Shown here: piece after piece, positions 7,965-16,284 of the stretch
How positions within the stretch are numbered: position 1 is the stretch's first letter
Layout of the letters: every line of letters begins with the position of its first letter
Assembly: GCA_016192645.1 (NCBI GenBank)
Contig: JACPTT010000018.1
Coordinates: 1-42,163 of the forward strand
Length of the DNA stretch: 42,163 bases
From: Candidatus Levyibacteriota bacterium
GTDB lineage: Bacteria; Patescibacteriota; Microgenomatia; Levybacterales; UBA12049
Reading direction: 5' to 3'
Position numbers and translations under genes: made by a program
The notes under the pieces: generated by a model
Database searches by the model: none
What the model was told of the DNA's origin: nothing
What the model saw: only the letters and a program-made list of their open reading frames with translations

Positions 7965-9199
7965 TGATAGATATTAAATTTCTACGAGAAAATCCAGATA
8001 AGGTTCAAAAAGCAGCGAAAGATAAAGGTTTTGATGTTGACATAGCCCATCTTTTAGAAATAGATGCAAAGAAAAAAGAACTTACGTTTTCTGTTCAGCG
8101 AATTCGGGAAGAAAGAAATCGGTTTGCGCGGGAGAAAAATATCGAAGAGGGAAAAAGGTTGAAAGACAGACTTGAAAAAGAAGAACATGCGCTAAAGGCT
8201 GTCGAAGAAGAGCTTGATGAATGGCTTTCTAAAGTTCCAAATCCAGCAAAACCCGATGTAAAAGTTGGGGAAGATGAGTCAGAGAATGAGATTATAAAAA
8301 CTTGGGGTAAGCCGAAAAAGTTTGATTTTACTCCAAAAGACCATTTAGAGCTTGGAGAAATCTTGGATATTATCGATGTTAAGCGTGCCGCCAAGGTTTC
8401 AGGAGCACGTTTCTACTATCTAAAAAATAAAGGAGCACTTTTAGAGTTCGCTCTTATTAATCTCGTATTTGAGATTCTTTTAAAAGAAGGATTTACGCCT
8501 GTTATTCCTCAGGTTTTGATCAAAAAAGAAGTTATGAAGGGATTAGGTTATACGGAATACGGAACAGATGAGGACATATTTTATATAGAAAAAGATGAGC
8601 TTTTTTTGGTGGGAACTGCGGAGCATGCAATCGTTCCGATGCATAAAGATGAATTGTTTAACCAAAAAGATTTACCAAAAAGATATGTGGGTTTTTCAAC
8701 CTGTTTTCGAAGAGAAGCAGGAAGTTACGGAAAAGACACGCGGGGAATTTTGCGGGTTCATCAGTTTGATAAAGTCGAGATGGTTTCATTTGTTAAAGAA
8801 GGCGAAGACGACAAAGAGCAGGAATATCTTTTATCTTTGGAGGAAAAACTTTTTCAAATGCTTGATATTCCCTATCGGGTTGTGAAAATGTGCACTGGTG
8901 ATTTAGGATTCCCGGCGGTTAGGAAATATGATATTGAAGCTTGGATTCCAACACAAAATAAATATCGCGAGGTTACTTCTGTTTCGACAGTTACAGATTT
9001 TCAATCAAGAAGGCTTAATATTCGGTATCAAGAAGGGCAAGAGAAAAAATATGCATATGTTTTAAATGGTACTGCATTTGCAATGCCCCGAACAATTATT
9101 GCGATTTTAGAAAATTATCAAGACCAAGATGGTTTAATAACAGTACCGGAAGTTTTGCGAAAATATATTGGTAGTTCTTCGATAAAACCTCAGAAATAA
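7337..9199 (+). CDS. serS: Single ORF as assembled: RdgB/HAM1 non-canonical purine NTP pyrophosphatase joined to seryl-tRNA synthetase (SerRS part starts at ATG 7964)
   Basis: SerRS: MIDIKFLRENPDKV, LVGTAEH, TCFRREAGSYGKDTRGILRVHQFDKVE, TDFQSRRLNIRY, LNGTAFA. The fusion depends on an A8 run at 7951-7958. Confidence 0.9.
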   Translation: MKKLLIAKQQALLIATKNEGKLQELKSFLSDLPLKLVSLSDVAITEDFEETGETYEENSQKKALFYARLSGIPAIADDGGIEIVALNGAPGIKSRRWLGHEATDYELISHMKRVSRELPNNNRKSFFRTVISFALSDGKVWSAEGSIAGIITEKSYPKLLKGYPYRSFFYLPTIKKYYHEDELSEKEQKLYNHRYKAIRKLRPIIKKRIMIDIKFLRENPDKVQKAAKDKGFDVDIAHLLEIDAKKKELTFSVQRIREERNRFAREKNIEEGKRLKDRLEKEEHALKAVEEELDEWLSKVPNPAKPDVKVGEDESENEIIKTWGKPKKFDFTPKDHLELGEILDIIDVKRAAKVSGARFYYLKNKGALLEFALINLVFEILLKEGFTPVIPQVLIKKEVMKGLGYTEYGTDEDIFYIEKDELFLVGTAEHAIVPMHKDELFNQKDLPKRYVGFSTCFRREAGSYGKDTRGILRVHQFDKVEMVSFVKEGEDDKEQEYLLSLEEKLFQMLDIPYRVVKMCTGDLGFPAVRKYDIEAWIPTQNKYREVTSVSTVTDFQSRRLNIRYQEGQEKKYAYVLNGTAFAMPRTIIAILENYQDQDGLITVPEVLRKYIGSSSIKPQK

Positions 9200-9207
9200 T
9201 TTTACGT

Positions 9208-9239
9208 AATTGTCCCATTGCTACATTGTTCAATTGTTG
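9208..9239. repeat. Degenerate 8-mer tandem array (xATTGxxx x4)
   Basis: AATTGTCC CATTGCTA CATTGTTC AATTGTTG; the reverse-complement form of the CAATG-NNN array at 16053-16084. Confidence 0.6.
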
Positions 9240-9337
9240 TTTTCAGTTCAAAAGGTAACAAAAATGTGAAAATCCGCAATTGTGATTTTTGCTTTAATAC
9301 CAGCCTAAACTTTCTTCTTTGAAGCAAGGGAAAATGC

Positions 9338-9366
9338 TTGACAAAATAAAAAAAATACTACACGAT
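9338..9366 (+). promoter_or_regulatory. Putative sigma70 promoter for the micro-gene
   Basis: TTGACA (9338-9343), 17-nt spacer, CACGAT (9361-9366); A-rich context. Confidence 0.55.
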
Positions 9367-9437
9367 TAATTTAATCCTGCCCCCTCCCATCGCGTCAAAC
9401 GCGACCCAAGGGGTTAAAAAAGGAGGTGACTTATTTC

Positions 9438-9467
9438 ATGGCAAAAAAAAGAAAGAAGAGAAGATAA
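9438..9467 (+). CDS. Putative 9-aa basic micropeptide MAKKRKKRR
   Basis: Full-length SD AAGGAGGTGA (9420-9429), 8 nt before ATG GCA AAA AAA AGA AAG AAG AGA AGA TAA; flanked by a promoter and a terminator. Confidence 0.6.
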   Translation: MAKKRKKRR

Positions 9468-9513
9468 ATTGGTAATAATCCGCCAAGTGGCGGATACCAA
9501 TTGATCAGTTGGT

Positions 9514-9543
9514 AACCCCTCACCATAATGGTGAGGGGTTTTT
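9514..9543 (+). terminator. Intrinsic terminator after the micropeptide
   Basis: AACCCCTCACCA-TAA-TGGTGAGGGGTT-TTT, perfect 12-bp stem; preceded by a second hairpin ATTGGTA..TCCGCCA-AG-TGGCGGA-TACCAAT (9468-9501). Confidence 0.8.
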
Positions 9544-9559
9544 GTGATAAAATAAACAA

Positions 9560-12195
9560 ATGCTAGATTTACTCAACAAGTTTTTCGATTCCAATGAGCG
9601 ACAGCTTAAAAGGAGAAAAAAGTAAAAAAACTTAAAGACGAGGATTTTTCTAAAAAAACGCAAGAATTAAAAGAAAGAATTGCTAATTCGGAATCTTTAG
9701 AACTATTGCTTCCCGAAGCTTTTGCATTAGTTCGCGAAGCGGCATGGCGTACTATTGGGCAAAGACATTTTGATGTCCAGCTTATGGCCGGCATTGCCCT
9801 TTCAAGCGGCAAGATTGCCGAGCAAAAAACCGGAGAGGGAAAAACTCTTTCCGCAGTTCCTGCCTTATACCTTAATAGTTTAAGCGGGAAAAATGTTCAC
9901 CTTGTTACTGTCAATGATTATTTAGCCCGCCGAGATGCCGGCTGGATGGGTCCTATATTTCATCTTTTAGGTTTAACGGTTTCCTCAATCATCAGCGAGC
10001 AGTCATTTATTTATGATCCTTCATTTATTGATAGGGAGGCACATGATTTCCGTCTGTCTCATTTACGGCCAATTACAAGACAAGAGGCTTATCAAAAAGA
10101 TATTGTCTATGGAATAAACTCTGAGTTTGGATTTGATTATCTACGAGACAATATGGCGCAGGACATATCCCAGGTAGTACAAAGGGGACATTTTTATGCT
10201 GTAGTTGATGAAGTAGATTCGGTGTTAATTGATGAGGCACGAACCCCACATATTATTTCCGCTCCGGATGAGGTTCCTACTCAGAAATATTATGAGTATT
10301 CAAAAATCATTGAGAGATTAACGGCAAACATTGATTATAAGATTGATGAAAAACTACGCACGGCCCATTTAACCGATCATGGAATTTCTAAAATTGAAAA
10401 GATGTATGGAATCTCAAACATTTACGAAAAAGATTTTGACACCGTCTATCATTTGGAGGCAGCTCTTAAGGCAAAAACGCTATTTCATAAAGAAAAAGAG
10501 TATATTGTAAAGGATAATCAAGTTATCTTGGTTGATGAATTTACGGGAAGGCTTATGTTGGGCAGAAGGCTTTCTGAAGGCTTGCATCAAGCCTTAGAGG
10601 CAAAAGAGGGGGTTCCAATTCAGCGAGAATCAAAAACTCTAGCAACAGTTTCTTTGCAGAATTATTTCCGGATGTATGAGAAGCTGGCAGGTATGACCGG
10701 AACCGCCGTTACCGAGGCTGAAGAGTTTCATAAAATCTACAAACTTGATGTTGTAGTTATTCCAACCAATAAGCCCATGATTCGAAAGGATGATCCAGAC
10801 GCGATTTATAAAACCGCTCGGGCAAAACTTTCTGCAGTTATTGAAAAAATAGAAAACGCATACAAGAAAGGTCAGCCGGTTTTAGTTGGCACAACATCAA
10901 TTGAGAAAAATGAGATTATATCCGAAGCTCTTCGGCGTCGCGGCATACAACATGAATTGTTAAATGCAAAAAATCATCAAAGAGAAGCAGAAATCATCGC
11001 AAAAGCCGGAGAAAAGGGAGCAGTTACTGTTGCCACCAACATGGCTGGACGCGGAGTGGACATAATCTTAGGAGGAGACACCCCAAAACACGACGATGGT
11101 AAAGAAAAAAAAGGAACAAAAGAATGGGAGAGTTGGGAGAAAAAGCATCAAGAAGTAATTTCGCTTAATGGGCTTTTGGTTATTGGAACAGAGCGGCATG
11201 AGTCAAGGCGAATTGATAACCAGCTTCGGGGCAGATCGGGCAGACAAGGAGATCCTGGAGCTTCTCATTTCTTCGTCAGTTTGGAAGATGAAATAATGCG
11301 GCTTTTTGGCGGAGAAACAATTGCCAATTTAATGACGCGATTCAATATGCCAGAAGATGTACCGCTTCAGCATCCAATTGTTTCAAAAGCGATAGAGCAG
11401 GCGCAGAATAAGGTAGAGGGATTTAATTTTGATATTCGAAAACACTTAGTTGAGTATGATGATGTTTTGAATAAGCAGCGAGAAATTATTTATCGCATGC
11501 GAAGAAAAATCTTGGAGGGATCTTCCGAACCCACCCAGCTAAAAAAAGAAATGCTGGAAAAAATTCAAAATGCGATTTCGACACTTGTTGCCCTGCGCAG
11601 TCAAGAAGTTTATGAGTCAAACGTATCCCCAAACGAAAAAATAATTGAAGATTTTTCAACAATTATTCCTTTTGATGAAGCATCTCAAAAACAGCTGACC
11701 AAACAACTTGAGCAACGTAGTGAAATAGAAGGAAAAATTCAATTTCTTGTTGATATTGCATCGGACTTGTATCAAAAAAGAGAAGAGCAGATGGGTAAAG
11801 AAATAATGCGGCAAGTTGAGCGATTTGTTATGCTTTCTGTTGTTGATAATCTTTGGATGGATCATTTAGACGCAATCGAAAACTTAAGAAGCGGCATAGG
11901 GCTTCGGGGTTACGGGCAAAAAGACCCGCTTGTTGAGTACAAAAATGAGGGTTTCAAAATGTTTGAGCAATTAATGGCGGCGATTGATGATGAGATTGTA
12001 CATAGGATTTACAAAATTCAGGTTGCACAGCAACCACAAACAGTTACTAGTAATCAGAGGCCAGAGCCTAGTAGGCAAGGTTCTCAACCAGACTCTAATA
12101 ACCAACCTCTAAATAATAAACGGAAGCTCGGTCGCAACGACCCATGTCCATGTGGCTCTGGAAAAAAATGGAAGAAGTGTCACTACCCCAATTAA
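9560..12195 (+). CDS. secA: Preprotein translocase ATPase SecA; true start 9560 with a frameshift near 9612-9622, main ORF 9706-12195
   Basis: MLDLLNKFFDSNERQLKR (9560) is a typical SecA N-terminus and continues in the -1 frame as EKKVKKLKDEDF...LLPEAFA. Motifs KTGEGKT, VDEVDSVLIDEARTP, ATNMAGRG, QLRGRSGRQGDPG, C-terminal GRNDPCPCGSGKKWKKCH. Confidence 0.93.
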
Positions 12196-12204
12196 TATTG
12201 ATGT

Positions 12205-12237
12205 AGTATTGATGACGTCAATACTTTTAATTAGACT
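12205..12237 (+). promoter_or_regulatory. Promoter with an overlapping operator-like inverted repeat
   Basis: AGTATTGA-N5-TCAATACT (12205-12225) covers TTGATG (12209-12214); 17-nt spacer; TAGACT (12232-12237) lies 6 nt before ATG 12244. Confidence 0.6.
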
Positions 12238-12243
12238 AAAAAT

Positions 12244-12390
12244 ATGAGAAGGAAGATTTATAAAGGAGGAAAATACAGCTACGTTATTTCTATTCCAAAA
12301 ACACTTATTAAGCTTCTTGGGTGGAAAGAAAAGCAATACGTTGAAGTTTCTAAAAAACGAAAGAAACTTGAGATTCGCGACGCAAAATAA
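12244..12390 (+). CDS. AbrB/MazE/SpoVT-family DNA-binding protein (48 aa)
   Basis: Read manually: MRRKIYKGGKYSYVISIPKTLIKLLGWKEKQYVEVSKKRKKLEIRDAK*. RK...G..SY.ISIPK...LGW pattern of swapped-hairpin regulators. Not in the ORF track. Confidence 0.8.
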   Translation: MRRKIYKGGKYSYVISIPKTLIKLLGWKEKQYVEVSKKRKKLEIRDAK

Positions 12391-12472
12391 TTCTCTTAGA
12401 TAATGAATTTACTATGATCTTTCGAAACATCAAAACTAGTTCAGTTTTCGATATTGAGGGTTTTTGAAATCC

Positions 12473-13375
12473 ATGGCAAGAAAGCGTTATCATTCTCATT
12501 ACGAACAGTTAAAGAATAAGTGGATCGTACGTCATCAAGACCTTAAAAATAATCTTTGGAGAAAGCATGGGCAGTCTTTAAATTGGCTTGCTAATAATGT
12601 AAAACAGCTGGCGGCCGGATCGGCGGCAGGACTGCTTCTTTTAACTTCTTCTGCGCCGCCTTCTCTTCCTTCCTTCAAAAACTTCCAAGCCAACGCTGCG
12701 CAGGTTGGGAAACCAATAGAAAAAAGCGTGTTTCTTATAACCGACCTTTTGAATGTATTGCCAAAAGAAATACAGTCTTTAAATAAAGACGAAGAGCAAA
12801 AAATCGTAAAGATTCTTTCAAGAACATTCGATTTAAAAGTGAGTGCAGAACTTGACGGGAAAAGATTAAACCGAAACTACGGAATTATTGGGGCAGAACA
12901 GCATTTAGCCCGATATCCGGGAGATACTATGGCAACCCATTTTGACCTTTCGATAAACTCAGGGCAAGTAAATAGCTTAGATACTTACGGTTCGGGAATG
13001 GCGCCGGGGCTAGGAGCCTGGGGGTATTTTGCGTCATCTCGCGCTCAGCTCACCGAGGAGGATAAACTGCGAGAAAAATATTATATTGCAGTACAGACTT
13101 TTTTAGCGGAAGATTTTAACAAACGATTTGCCGAATATAGAGATTTTTATAAATATAGAAAAATGTTAGTTGTTAATCCTCAAAACGGAAAAGCAGTTGT
13201 TGCGGTTATTGGCGATAGTGGACCAGCAGTTTGGACGGGAAAGCATTTAGGTGGTTCACCAGAAGTAATGCGTTATTTAGGGCGAGAGGACGGGGCAAGA
13301 AGAGGGCCGGTTCTTTATTTTTTTATCGATGACCCAAAAAACCAAGTTCCATTAGGTCCAATTGCTGTACAATAA
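12473..13375 (+). CDS. Hypothetical exported protein with a possible C-terminal RlpA-like double-psi beta-barrel
   Basis: Hydrophobic stretch LAAGSAAGLLLL; C-terminal MLVVNPQNGKAVVAVIGDSGP resembles the RlpA V.N..NG.SV.V.INDRGP motif. ATG 12473 preferred over TTG 12464. Confidence 0.6.
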   Translation: MARKRYHSHYEQLKNKWIVRHQDLKNNLWRKHGQSLNWLANNVKQLAAGSAAGLLLLTSSAPPSLPSFKNFQANAAQVGKPIEKSVFLITDLLNVLPKEIQSLNKDEEQKIVKILSRTFDLKVSAELDGKRLNRNYGIIGAEQHLARYPGDTMATHFDLSINSGQVNSLDTYGSGMAPGLGAWGYFASSRAQLTEEDKLREKYYIAVQTFLAEDFNKRFAEYRDFYKYRKMLVVNPQNGKAVVAVIGDSGPAVWTGKHLGGSPEVMRYLGREDGARRGPVLYFFIDDPKNQVPLGPIAVQ

Positions 13376-13379
13376 GCAT

Positions 13380-13727
13380 ATGAAACAAAAATATTTTTAT
13401 AGTCATATCGTTGAAACTTCAATAATCTCACTAGAACTGGGAGAGATTGATTTGGCGCCTTCGGAGAGAGTACATTTAGTATCCCTTGTTGAATCCCAAC
13501 TGCATCATGCGATTTTGGACACAATTCTTTCGGAATTATCAGAAGGGGACAAAAAAAAATTCTTGGGGCATCTTACTTTTGATGATCACGATAAAATTTG
13601 GGTGCATTTAAAAGGTAAAATTGAAAATATCGAAGAGAAGATTAAAAGAGTCGCGGAAGAGTTAAAAAAAGAACTGCATAAAGATATAATGGCAAGCTTA
13701 AAAGAGGCGAAAAAGTCAAAAAAGTGA
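13380..13727 (+). CDS. Hypothetical helical protein
   Basis: ORF track 13362-13727; ATG 13380 chosen because it follows the upstream stop and TACAAT lies 6 nt before it. Confidence 0.7.
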   Translation: MKQKYFYSHIVETSIISLELGEIDLAPSERVHLVSLVESQLHHAILDTILSELSEGDKKKFLGHLTFDDHDKIWVHLKGKIENIEEKIKRVAEELKKELHKDIMASLKEAKKSKK

Positions 13728-14021
13728 TCTTTTAAGATCAACGCGGTCGTTATCCAAAAAGAATACCCCTTCTTTTTCTAATATTTCTTTTTTCTTTGTT
13801 ACTCCGCCACGCGCGTATCCCGTAAGTTCACCACGGCTTCCAACCACCCGATGACAAGGGACGACTTTGGTATTTTTATTAGAGTGCATGGCAAAGCCAA
13901 CGATTCTTGGTCCGCCAGCCGGCGGATTTACTCTTGCTAGTTTTGCTACTTGCTGATACGTTAAAACTTTCCCTTTTGGAATAGAGGAGACAACCTTATA
14001 TATTTTTTCAAAAGGTTTCAC
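13716..14021 (-). CDS. MGMT/Ogt-family O6-alkylguanine DNA alkyltransferase (DNA-binding/catalytic domain only)
   Basis: IPKGKVLTYQQVA, PRIVGFAM, active-site VPCHRVV, LEKEG. Confidence 0.88.
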   Translation of the reverse strand: MKPFEKIYKVVSSIPKGKVLTYQQVAKLARVNPPAGGPRIVGFAMHSNKNTKVVPCHRVVGSRGELTGYARGGVTKKKEILEKEGVFFLDNDRVDLKRSLF

Positions 14022-14022
14022 T

Positions 14023-14358
14023 TTATCTTTTTTCTTTTAAGTATCTTTGTTCAATTTTTTTTAACTTATCGGAAACCGCCCTTTGAATATCAACGCCAGC
14101 CGTACTTGCAAGTTGAATGGTAGTTATAACAACGTCGGCAAATTCCTGATACATGTTTCTTTTGTCAAACTTTTCAAGCTTTGCCCGCCTTTGGAGTTTT
14201 AATATCGAAAGTATATCGTTGCAAAGTTCTCCGACCTCTTCGTTTAGCTTTATTGTTTTGGTGAGGATTTCTTTTTCCTGCTGGCTGTAGAGTTTATAGT
14301 GTGGTTTTGTTTTCTCGTTTAGTATTTTTATTTTTTCTTGAAGAGACTTTAAGTTCAT
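14023..14358 (-). CDS. MazG-like nucleotide pyrophosphohydrolase
   Basis: KLNEEVGEL and QEFADVVI (EExxE / ExxD). Start moved to ATG 14358 to avoid overlap with tkt. Confidence 0.8.
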   Translation of the reverse strand: MNLKSLQEKIKILNEKTKPHYKLYSQQEKEILTKTIKLNEEVGELCNDILSILKLQRRAKLEKFDKRNMYQEFADVVITTIQLASTAGVDIQRAVSDKLKKIEQRYLKEKR

Positions 14359-14375
14359 GATAGTATTGTACCATA
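14359..14375. promoter_or_regulatory. Putative bidirectional promoter with overlapping -10 boxes
   Basis: Minus strand TGg-TACAAT (14370-14365) 6 nt before ATG 14358; plus strand TATTGT (14364-14369) 6 nt before ATG 14376. Confidence 0.55.
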
Positions 14376-16277
14376 ATGGTTGATATCTCAAAACTGCAGA
14401 AAAAAGCAGCTTTAGTTAGAAAATGGTGTTTGGTTTCAACAACTAATGCCGGTTCAGGCCACCCAACCTCGTGTTTATCGGCCGCGGATTTGATGACGGT
14501 TTTATTCAATAATTATTTTCAGTATAATATTGCTAATTCTGCGGAGCCGCTGAATGACAGATTGATTTTTTCAAAAGGTCATGCCGCGCCGCTTCTATAT
14601 TCCCTCTTTGCATTAAGTGGTGCTTTTGATCTAAAAGAATTATTAACTCTTCGCAAATTCGGCAGTCGTTTGGAGGGTCATCCGACCCCGGAATTTCCCT
14701 ATGCAGAAGTAGCGACTGGCTCACTTGGGCAGGGTTTATCAATCGGCGCCGGCATGGCGTACGGAAGTCAGAAGTCAGAAGTCAGAAGTCAGAAGTCGCC
14801 TAGGGTTTATGTTTTATTGGGGGATGGGGAGATGGCGGAGGGCTCGATCTGGGAGGCTGCTAACTTTGCTTCATATTATAGTTTGAATAATTTAATTGCG
14901 ATTGTTGATGTAAACCGTTTTGGGCAAAGTCAGGAAACAATGTTTGGAGATAAGGTTGAAGAATATACAGATAGATTTTCTGCCTTTGGTTGGGAAACTA
15001 TAGTAATTGATGGGCATAATTTTAAAGACATAGAAAAAGCGTTTCACTCAGCCGTTAGCAAAACAAGCAGTAAGCCTTTTGCCATTATTGCCAAAACAAA
15101 GAAGGGTAAGGGAGTTTCGTTTCTCGAGGATCAGGATGGCTGGCATGGGAAGGCGCTTAAAAAAGAAGAGCTTGAGAGGGCATTGAAAGAGTTGGGAGAA
15201 GTTGATGAAGATTTAAGATTTTCTCTTAGGTTGCCAATTCAGAAAACTCAGAATACTCAGAGTGTCGGAAAATCTGATTGGTCTGATAGTCAGAAGGTCA
15301 GACGTGCTGGTTCATCCGAGTTTTCCGAGTATTCTGAAAAATATAAACTTGGGAATGAGATAGCTACCAGAGAAGTGTATGGAGAGGTTTTGGCAAAAAT
15401 TGCAGATAAAAATCCTCTCATTTATGCTTTAGACGGGGATGTAAAAAATTCTACCTTTGCCCAAGAATTTAAAAAAGCACACCCCGCCCGGTTTATTGAA
15501 TGCTTTATTGCCGAGCAAAATATGGTAGGCGTTGCTTTAGGTTTATCAAAAAGAGAGAAGATTCCTTTTATTTCAACCTTTGCGGCGTTTTTAACAAGAG
15601 CCTTTGATCAAATCCGTATGGCAGCCCAATCACGTGCAAACATAAAATTTGTTGGATCGCATGCCGGAGTTTCAATTGGTGAGGATGGTTCGTCTCAAAT
15701 GGGACTTGAAGATATAGCTATGTTTGGAACAATTCCGGATTCAGTTATTTTTCACCCTTGCGATAGCGTTTCAACAGTAAAGATTCTTCCATTAATGCTT
15801 GAACACAGCGGTATTTCATATCTTAGGACTCTTCGTCCTAAAACACCGGTCATTTATGGAGAAGACGAAGAGTTTAAAATTGGTGGATCAAAAATATTAA
15901 GAAGTTCAAAAAGCGACCTCTTAACAATTGTTGCCGCCGGCATTACGGTTCACGAGGCACTCAAGGCATATGAACTTCTAAAGAAAGAAGGGATATTGGT
16001 TCGAGTAGTTGATGCTTATTCTATTAAGCCACTCGATTTTGAAACTCTTAAGCAATGTATCAATGAAACAATGAAGCAATGGATTATTACAGTTGAAGAT
16101 CATTATGAACATGGAGGATTGGGAGATTTTGTCCTTTCGGCTCTCTCATCAACCGGCGAGCATGTTGAAAAAATGGCGGTTTCAAAAATCCCCCGCTCGG
16201 GAACAAAAGATGAGCTTTTGGATGATGTTGGAATTAGCGCAAGAGATATTGCCCAGAAAGTAAAATTATTTCTTTAA
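14376..16277 (+). CDS. tkt: Transketolase (single chain)
   Basis: AGSGHPTSCLS, FSKGHAAP, LEGHP, ATGSLGQG, TPP motif GDGEMAEGSIWEA...N, FIAEQNMVG, GEDGSSQM, TVEDHY. Confidence 0.93.
   Translation: MVDISKLQKKAALVRKWCLVSTTNAGSGHPTSCLSAADLMTVLFNNYFQYNIANSAEPLNDRLIFSKGHAAPLLYSLFALSGAFDLKELLTLRKFGSRLEGHPTPEFPYAEVATGSLGQGLSIGAGMAYGSQKSEVRSQKSPRVYVLLGDGEMAEGSIWEAANFASYYSLNNLIAIVDVNRFGQSQETMFGDKVEEYTDRFSAFGWETIVIDGHNFKDIEKAFHSAVSKTSSKPFAIIAKTKKGKGVSFLEDQDGWHGKALKKEELERALKELGEVDEDLRFSLRLPIQKTQNTQSVGKSDWSDSQKVRRAGSSEFSEYSEKYKLGNEIATREVYGEVLAKIADKNPLIYALDGDVKNSTFAQEFKKAHPARFIECFIAEQNMVGVALGLSKREKIPFISTFAAFLTRAFDQIRMAAQSRANIKFVGSHAGVSIGEDGSSQMGLEDIAMFGTIPDSVIFHPCDSVSTVKILPLMLEHSGISYLRTLRPKTPVIYGEDEEFKIGGSKILRSSKSDLLTIVAAGITVHEALKAYELLKKEGILVRVVDAYSIKPLDFETLKQCINETMKQWIITVEDHYEHGGLGDFVLSALSSTGEHVEKMAVSKIPRSGTKDELLDDVGISARDIAQKVKLFL
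14764..14798 (+). repeat. 7-mer tandem array GAAGTCA x5 inside tkt
   Basis: GAAGTCA x4 plus GAAGTCG; translated as SQKSEVRSQKS. Confidence 0.9.
15238..15338. repeat. ~100-bp inverted-repeat element built from 8/9-mer TCNGA units, in the tkt interdomain linker
   Basis: Left arm TTCAGAAAACTCAGAATACTCAGA; right arm TCCGAGTTTTCCGAGTATTCTGAA, a near reverse complement; TCWGA units in between. Confidence 0.8.
16053..16084 (+). repeat. 8-mer tandem array CAATG-NNN x4 inside tkt
   Basis: CAATGTAT CAATGAAA CAATGAAG CAATGGAT. Confidence 0.8.
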
Positions 16278-16284
16278 ACCGTTT

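Noticed and set aside
9370..9545. tRNA, SRP RNA or known riboswitch in the serS-secA gap
   Set aside because: No cloverleaf/TTCGA arm or other consensus that I can recognise; an Rfam search would be needed to exclude it fully.
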